A stretch of DNA of 58,369 nucleotides from Chitinophagaceae bacterium (GTDB lineage Bacteria; Bacteroidota; Bacteroidia; UKL13-3), in contig JAYVCI010000246.1 in NCBI GenBank assembly GCA_043750035.1, positions 1 through 58,369 on the forward strand, given 5' to 3'. Below are positions 53,622 to 58,369 of this stretch, piece by piece. The number at the start of each line of letters is the position of its first letter. Within the stretch, counting starts at the first letter, position 1. Made by a program: the position numbers and the translations under genes. The notes beneath the pieces are model-generated. The model was not told the origin of the DNA and made no database searches. It was given only the letters and a program-made list of their open reading frames with translations.

Positions 53622-55010
53622 CTAAATATTTATACTGTCTCCTCTATTCGGAATAATGACATCGGCAACACCATTCTTTTTTAACAAAGTGGTCAATGCA
53701 TTCATGTTTGCCTCATCGCCATGCACCAAGCAGGTTTTACGGTTACTTGTGGCATTTTCTGAAATTGCAAAACAAAGTCCATCTGCATCGGCATGAGAAC
53801 TAAAAGCATCTGTACTGGCAATTCGGGCATAAACTGCCATTGGGCGTCCTTTCACAGTAATTGTTTGGCGGCCTTGCAGTAAATCGTGACCTAAAGTCCC
53901 CGGAGAGCAAAAACCTGCTATCAGTATAGTAGCGTAATTATTGGAAATATGATTGGCAATATGTGTCTGTATGCGTCCACCTTCTACCATTCCTGCAGCA
54001 GAAACAATCACACAGGGTTCGAAATAATTATCCAACAAGAAATTATCAGATTGGTCTTCGATAAGCTGAAGGTTGGGGAAATTGAATAAATCATTGAAGC
54101 TGTGGGCAAATTCTGCTGTTTCAGCATTCAAATCACCTCGGTAACTGCTATATATATTGGTGCTTTTAATTGCCAATGGGCTATCTACAAATACTTTCAC
54201 ATCGGGCAACAGACCTTTTCTGGCAAGTTTGTTAAGGGTATATACTATTGATTGGGTTCTTCCCACAGAGAAAGCTGGGATAATAAGTTTGCCCCGTTGC
54301 GTTACGCAGGTGCTGGTCACAAATTCAAGCAGTTCAGCTTCGGGGTCAATATTGGGCCTGTGCAGGCGGCCACCATAAGTACTTTCACTAATCAACACAT
54401 CGCATGGTGGAAGTGATTCAGGATCTTTCAATAAAGGTGCATTTGCCCTTCCCCAGTCACCTGTAAAAACCAAAGATTTAGTTTTCCCGCTCTCTTCTAT
54501 TTGAAGTTGAACGAAAGCTGCTCCCAATAAATGGCCTGCTATGCCAAAAGTTAGCGTAACTTCTGGTGCTATGTTATAGGGTTTATGAAAAGGTAATGTT
54601 TTAAACTGGGCAATAGTTTGTTTTACATTCTTCTCCGTATAAAGCGGCTTTGGTGTTTGTATTTTTTTTCGTCGGTTTTTACGATAATCGTGGTCTTGTA
54701 TACGTGCACTGTCTAATAGTAAATGATAGGCAAGCTCTGCTGTGGCTGGCGTGCAAATAATCCTGCCTCCAAATCCCTGCCTTACCAAATTGGGCAAATT
54801 GCCACTATGGTCAATATGTGCATGGCTTAGCACCACTACATCAATACTGGCTGGATCGAATGGAAATGAATTGGGTGGACTGTAGTGAAAATTCTTTTGC
54901 TGCTCGTAATCAAGTCCGCAATCGAGTAGAATTTTAAAACCATTATCTAAAGTGATTAGGTGCATGCTGCCGGTTACTTGGCGAGCTGCACCACAAAAAG
55001 TTATTTGCAT
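53622..55010 (-). CDS. MBL-fold beta-CASP family hydrolase (RNA-metabolising type)
   Basis: 462 aa with the HxHxDH motif (SHAHIDHSG) and beta-CASP plus C-terminal RMMBL-like regions. Confidence 0.85.
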   Translation of the reverse strand: MQITFCGAARQVTGSMHLITLDNGFKILLDCGLDYEQQKNFHYSPPNSFPFDPASIDVVVLSHAHIDHSGNLPNLVRQGFGGRIICTPATAELAYHLLLDSARIQDHDYRKNRRKKIQTPKPLYTEKNVKQTIAQFKTLPFHKPYNIAPEVTLTFGIAGHLLGAAFVQLQIEESGKTKSLVFTGDWGRANAPLLKDPESLPPCDVLISESTYGGRLHRPNIDPEAELLEFVTSTCVTQRGKLIIPAFSVGRTQSIVYTLNKLARKGLLPDVKVFVDSPLAIKSTNIYSSYRGDLNAETAEFAHSFNDLFNFPNLQLIEDQSDNFLLDNYFEPCVIVSAAGMVEGGRIQTHIANHISNNYATILIAGFCSPGTLGHDLLQGRQTITVKGRPMAVYARIASTDAFSSHADADGLCFAISENATSNRKTCLVHGDEANMNALTTLLKKNGVADVIIPNRGDSINI

Positions 55011-55059
55011 TTATTGGGTATTTGTCTCATCCCTCTACTTCTTCTAAAGAATAGAAAGG

Positions 55060-55917
55060 TTAAGGATGGTTAATTATTATTTTATCAATTTCTGTTTGCC
55101 CACTTGCATAAACTATATATAATAAGTAAAATCCATTGGGCAGATTATCAGTAGCAAGACTGGACAAGCCTGGTGCAAAGATACGGCTGTAAACACTTTT
55201 GCCAAGCATATCAATTATTTGCACCTTTGCATCTCCCGATAACTTCAAGCTGAGTAATTTATCAGCAGGGCAAGGAAAAGCAATTTGTTCTTTATTATTT
55301 ATCAGATTTTCGGCAATACTTGTATTGTTTGAAAAGGAAATCTCATCAAGGTAAAAAGATATATTTTTCTTGCCAACGGCATTGCTTGGGTAATCAAAAG
55401 ATATATGGCAACGTGTGGGCATAGTTGTATCAGTATATGATATATTTAATGCTTCTTCTACCCATCCATCTTTGGTATGACTAAATGTGCTGAAGCCACT
55501 ACCCAAGGGTTGCCAATTGCCATTGGTATCAATTCTATAAAAAGTAAGTGATACAGTTGCACTATTGCCTGGCTCACTAAATGCAGTAAAAAATCTTAAA
55601 CTTGTTGGCCGTCCTTTAAATGGGAACGTATTTTCCAAAGTCTCGTAGTCATATATATTGTTGGAAGAATCAATCACCATCTGCAAACTATAACTACCCC
55701 TTGCTGCATAAGAGCTTTTCCTAACAATGCCTTGGTATCCCTGCATGAACATACTATCTGTATTGGCAACGTCCCACTTACTAGGCAATTGGTGCCCTTG
55801 ATTTAAGGTGTCATAATCTTGCCAATTTTCAAAACCTGAATTTGGAATCAGCGTTTGAGCAAAGGCCTGAAAAGAAAATAGCAATATATAAATTAGTAGC
55901 AAATAATTGCGAAACAT
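55060..55917 (-). CDS. Secreted protein with a T9SS C-terminal sorting domain
   Basis: 285 aa with the signal peptide LLFSFQAFAQ and a C-terminal ~75-aa CTD-like tail (VQIIDMLGKSVY...LPNGFYLLYIV). Confidence 0.7.
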   Translation of the reverse strand: MFRNYLLLIYILLFSFQAFAQTLIPNSGFENWQDYDTLNQGHQLPSKWDVANTDSMFMQGYQGIVRKSSYAARGSYSLQMVIDSSNNIYDYETLENTFPFKGRPTSLRFFTAFSEPGNSATVSLTFYRIDTNGNWQPLGSGFSTFSHTKDGWVEEALNISYTDTTMPTRCHISFDYPSNAVGKKNISFYLDEISFSNNTSIAENLINNKEQIAFPCPADKLLSLKLSGDAKVQIIDMLGKSVYSRIFAPGLSSLATDNLPNGFYLLYIVYASGQTEIDKIIINHP

Positions 55918-55939
55918 GGTGACAAAGATAATATCTAGG

Positions 55940-55981
55940 GTTAAGTTTTAAGTGATAAGTTAATTCCGATAGCTATCGGAA
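55940..55981. repeat. Heptamers GTTAAGT TTTAAGT GATAAGT followed by the perfect 18-nt palindrome TTCCGATAGCTATCGGAA
   Basis: Read directly from the sequence. The palindrome is at 55964..55981. Confidence 0.85.
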
Positions 55982-56069
55982 CTAAAAGTATCTATCAAAT
56001 TGCATTTTAGGGTATTCGTTATTATTACCTTAGCACAATATTAGATTATATATACTTATTGATTGGGCA

Positions 56070-56747
56070 TTAAAACTTATCACCCCACTGGAAATAATTT
56101 CCTGTGAGCCGTTTTTGGGTACAATCGCTGCCGGCAGAAAACATATAGCCAAGGCCAATATTGACCCTGCCCATGCCATCTGTTTTTTTATTAATATTAA
56201 CCCCGTCGAGGTATTTGTTGGTATGTATATAATAGGTATAATTAGAACGGAAAATAAACCTCCCAAATGCCATTTTGAAACCTGCACCTGTTCCAAACCA
56301 AAAGTTATAACCCCCATTCGACTTTTGTATATCGGGATTTATGGTTATCCAATTATCAGATACACTTACATTTTGTACACCTGCACTTAATATAATAACT
56401 GGTGTAAAACCACTGCCGTTCATAGCGGGATGAAATTTAATTAAATGGTATTCATCAATCAAAGAAAACTCCTGATATTTAGTACTAAAATTTGCACCAG
56501 CGGGCATTGAATTATTGTTTTGATTTTGCCCACTGAGCATGCCCAAACCAATGCTTGCACCAAAAGTATTCTGATGGGTAGTATAATACCCACCAATGCT
56601 GTGCTGCCAGCCTTTAAATTTGGATGAAGTATTATATTCCCCTTTATATAAATTTAGAGAATAGGCATAGTTCATTTCAAAAAGTTGTGCTTTCGAATGC
56701 GTAATTAATAAACATTGAAAAACGAATATATATATTATTTTTTTCAT
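56070..56747 (-). CDS. Outer-membrane beta-barrel protein (hypothetical)
   Basis: 225 aa with the signal peptide ...THSKAQ, an alternating beta-strand pattern and a C-terminal Phe. Confidence 0.6.
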   Translation of the reverse strand: MKKIIYIFVFQCLLITHSKAQLFEMNYAYSLNLYKGEYNTSSKFKGWQHSIGGYYTTHQNTFGASIGLGMLSGQNQNNNSMPAGANFSTKYQEFSLIDEYHLIKFHPAMNGSGFTPVIILSAGVQNVSVSDNWITINPDIQKSNGGYNFWFGTGAGFKMAFGRFIFRSNYTYYIHTNKYLDGVNINKKTDGMGRVNIGLGYMFSAGSDCTQKRLTGNYFQWGDKF

Positions 56748-56766
56748 CCTATTGTACTTGATTTTT

Positions 56767-56801
56767 TACTTGATACTTGATACTCCCTACTTGATACTAT
56801 A
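56767..56801. repeat. Five tandem heptamers: TACTTGA TACTTGA TACTCCC TACTTGA TACTATA
   Basis: Read directly from the sequence. The array abuts the stop codon at 56802 and uses the same word as the array arm at 4865..4905. Confidence 0.85.
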
Positions 56802-57545
56802 CTATAATCCCAAAAAATAATCATATCCTTGCTCAGCCCAAAAGTCAGGTGGGCGGGTATTGCTGAAATATATTGTTCCTATTCGCTTAATATGTTTTAC
56901 CCCATACTTCACAGGAATTATCAATCGAAGCGGAAATCCTTGGTTCAAAGGTAGTGCTTTCCCATTCATTTCGTAGCAAAGTATTGTTTGTGGATGGATA
57001 GCACTGGGCATGTCTATCCCTACATAATAACCCTTGTCAGGCGTTATCATTCCTACATATTCCATTTGTGTTTCGCTATCAAGTTTATAATATTTGGCAA
57101 AGTCAGAAAATTTTACGCCGCCCCAGTGGGTAATCTGGTTCCAGCCTTCCACACATTTAAAATCGAACACAATTTCAGTTTTGGGAAGTTTTTTAATTTC
57201 GTCAAGTGTTATAAAAACCGTGTCTCCATTTTTCCTTACCAACTTCAATTTCCAGTTTGAATCAAGGGGTGATTCTATCCCATCCCAACCATTTACCCGT
57301 ACTACTTTTTCAGCCTTTTCTTTGGGGTAAGTTTTTACCAAATTATTTTGCCCAACTAAGGGTTTAAAAATTTCCTCATTTTGATCTAATACTTTCCGTA
57401 AGGGCTTAAGGGCACCAGCTTCTTCGGGTTGGGTGTATAACCACTTCCAAGCATAATAAGCAATGCCTATCATGGCAAAGAAGACTACAAAAGATATAAT
57501 AGTCCTATTTCTTACTTTTTTCTTGCTCCAAATCTGTTCTTTCAT
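56802..57545 (-). CDS. Molybdopterin-dependent oxidoreductase (sulfite oxidase / MsrP-like fold) with an N-terminal TM anchor
   Basis: 247 aa with the motifs FKCVEGWNQITHWGGVKF and GFPLRLIIPVKYGVKHIKRI. Confidence 0.75.
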   Translation of the reverse strand: MKEQIWSKKKVRNRTIISFVVFFAMIGIAYYAWKWLYTQPEEAGALKPLRKVLDQNEEIFKPLVGQNNLVKTYPKEKAEKVVRVNGWDGIESPLDSNWKLKLVRKNGDTVFITLDEIKKLPKTEIVFDFKCVEGWNQITHWGGVKFSDFAKYYKLDSETQMEYVGMITPDKGYYVGIDMPSAIHPQTILCYEMNGKALPLNQGFPLRLIIPVKYGVKHIKRIGTIYFSNTRPPDFWAEQGYDYFLGL

Positions 57546-58212
57546 CGTCAGTGGGTTTTAGTTTTTTTGTTTCAAAACCTGTAATCATTGAACTAAAGTT
57601 TTTCCATCCTGCTATAATAACTTGTATAATATGAACTAAGAAAAACAAGGCGAATAATATAGTAATTACAAAATGTTCAATTCGTGCTGCTTCATAGCCA
57701 CCACAAAGGGTACACAACCAATTTAGTTGAACTGGTTTATATATAGCCAAGCCAGTAATAATTATTAGAAATCCCATAATGATTACACCAGTATATGCGA
57801 TTCTTTGTGCGGCATTATACTTCTTTTGCGGGGGTAGTCCTTTTTTTATATGTAAATCGTGGAGCAATACCAACCAAGCTTCTTTCAATGCTTTGCGATG
57901 TGGAAATATCAGTTTATATTCTTTCGAAAAAATTAAATATATTAAATATATAACACCATTAATGGCAAACAACCACATAAAAGCAAAGTGCAAAGCCATC
58001 CCCTCAGCCAATCTGCGACGCATACCTACTGCATCGTAAAACCATTCAGGGAAAAAGGTAATGGTAGTGAAACCTATATCTAATTTATATACTCGGTTGG
58101 CATAATATATAAGCAATCCGCTCCATATCATTACTGCTAATAATGGAAAATTTACCCAATGAAGCCAACGTATGGCTAATGGATGTTTGTGTATTACTTT
58201 TTTATTTTCCAA
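57505..58212 (-). CDS. Membrane cytochrome b (Ni/Fe-hydrogenase b-type / MsrQ-like)
   Basis: 235 aa with 4-5 TM segments and conserved His (IRWLHWVNF, ALHFAFMW, ARIEHFV). It overlaps the downstream Mo-enzyme gene by 41 nt. Confidence 0.7.
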   Translation of the reverse strand: MENKKVIHKHPLAIRWLHWVNFPLLAVMIWSGLLIYYANRVYKLDIGFTTITFFPEWFYDAVGMRRRLAEGMALHFAFMWLFAINGVIYLIYLIFSKEYKLIFPHRKALKEAWLVLLHDLHIKKGLPPQKKYNAAQRIAYTGVIIMGFLIIITGLAIYKPVQLNWLCTLCGGYEAARIEHFVITILFALFFLVHIIQVIIAGWKNFSSMITGFETKKLKPTDDERTDLEQEKSKK

Positions 58213-58228
58213 ATATTATAATACTAAA

Positions 58229-58369
58229 TTATTTGGAAGGAACAAACCATTTCTTTTTGAACTTGTACATTCTTCTCCATTTTACATATTTAATTTTACC
58301 TACCTCCCTTGTACAAGTCATTTTTACTCCATTTTTATAATAGGTTGCTGTTACTTTGCTAACTACAAG
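58229..58369 (-). CDS. Partial CDS (C-terminal 46 codons), truncated by the window edge
   Basis: Open frame from the window end to TAA at 58229..58231 (...VTATYYKNGVKMTCTREVGKIKYVKWRRMYKFKKKWFVPSK). It lies 16 nt upstream of the cytochrome b gene. Confidence 0.3.
   Translation of the reverse strand, partial: LVVSKVTATYYKNGVKMTCTREVGKIKYVKWRRMYKFKKKWFVPSK

Noticed and set aside
1-58369. A canonical defence island, prophage, integrative element, or tRNA/rRNA genes.
   Set aside because: I recognised no nuclease/ATPase defence gene sets, integrases, transposases, phage structural genes or tRNA-like T-arm motifs. The only toxin-antitoxin trace is the orphan HigA at the window edge.

Overview
Visibly AT-rich, Bacteroidota-type chromosomal segment, judged from T9SS C-terminal sorting domains, SprB-type repeats, TAnnTTTG -7 promoter motifs and many lipoproteins. 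It holds about 55 protein-coding genes. I saw no rRNA, tRNA, CRISPR array, transposase or integrase. All calls were made by eye from the ORF track and the sequence; no database search was run.

The functional core is an N-oxide island:
- A clade II (Sec/lipoprotein-type, non-Tat) nitrous-oxide reductase operon on the minus strand, from 21307 down to 14540: cytochrome c (nosC) - nosZ - [nosB-like membrane domain and nosL in one frame] - nosD - nosF - nosY - group III truncated globin.
- A divergent Crp/Fnr-family regulator (21585..22178).
- A Nor-like module (22239..25205): polytopic membrane protein, membrane-anchored cytochrome c and a divergent haem-copper oxidase subunit I.
- A DUF2249-fused RIC/ScdA di-iron repair protein.

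Other genes:
- Orphan HigA antitoxin.
- Three T9SS-sorted secreted proteins, two of them very large.
- LOG, trhO, an rsmF-like gene, upp and a front-end-type desaturase.
- hppD-hmgA, a fasciclin protein and tnaA.
- rmlD/rmlC, an SDR epimerase and a GT2, followed by nadB-nadA.
- A hotdog thioesterase plus an unplaceable 598-aa protein.
- fabI.
- A surface-polysaccharide modification cluster: acetyltransferase, GbsR/MarR-like regulator, GT2, Wzy/O-antigen-ligase-like protein, MBOAT and a DltD/AlgJ-like protein.
- ppk1, a PaaI-type thioesterase, a TylF-type methyltransferase, a tandem Usp and a beta-CASP MBL hydrolase.
- A molybdopterin oxidoreductase / cytochrome b pair.

Hunt highlights:
1. The Nor-like HCO subunit appears to lack one active-site His and to have Met in place of one haem His.
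2. A TGAT-N4-ATCA palindrome occurs at nine promoters. It sits at only two fixed distances from the -7 TTTG core, 33.5-34.5 nt or 55.5 nt. This implies a Crp/Fnr regulon that extends beyond denitrification genes.
3. A family of intergenic arrays has strict 7-nt periodicity. Each locus uses a different word, often as inverted pairs, and the arrays abut stop codons.
4. These arrays are mixed with a small vocabulary of GC-rich perfect palindromes, some of which also occur in frame inside a T9SS gene.
5. A 192-nt multi-hairpin element of unknown nature lies in a 570-bp gene-poor gap.
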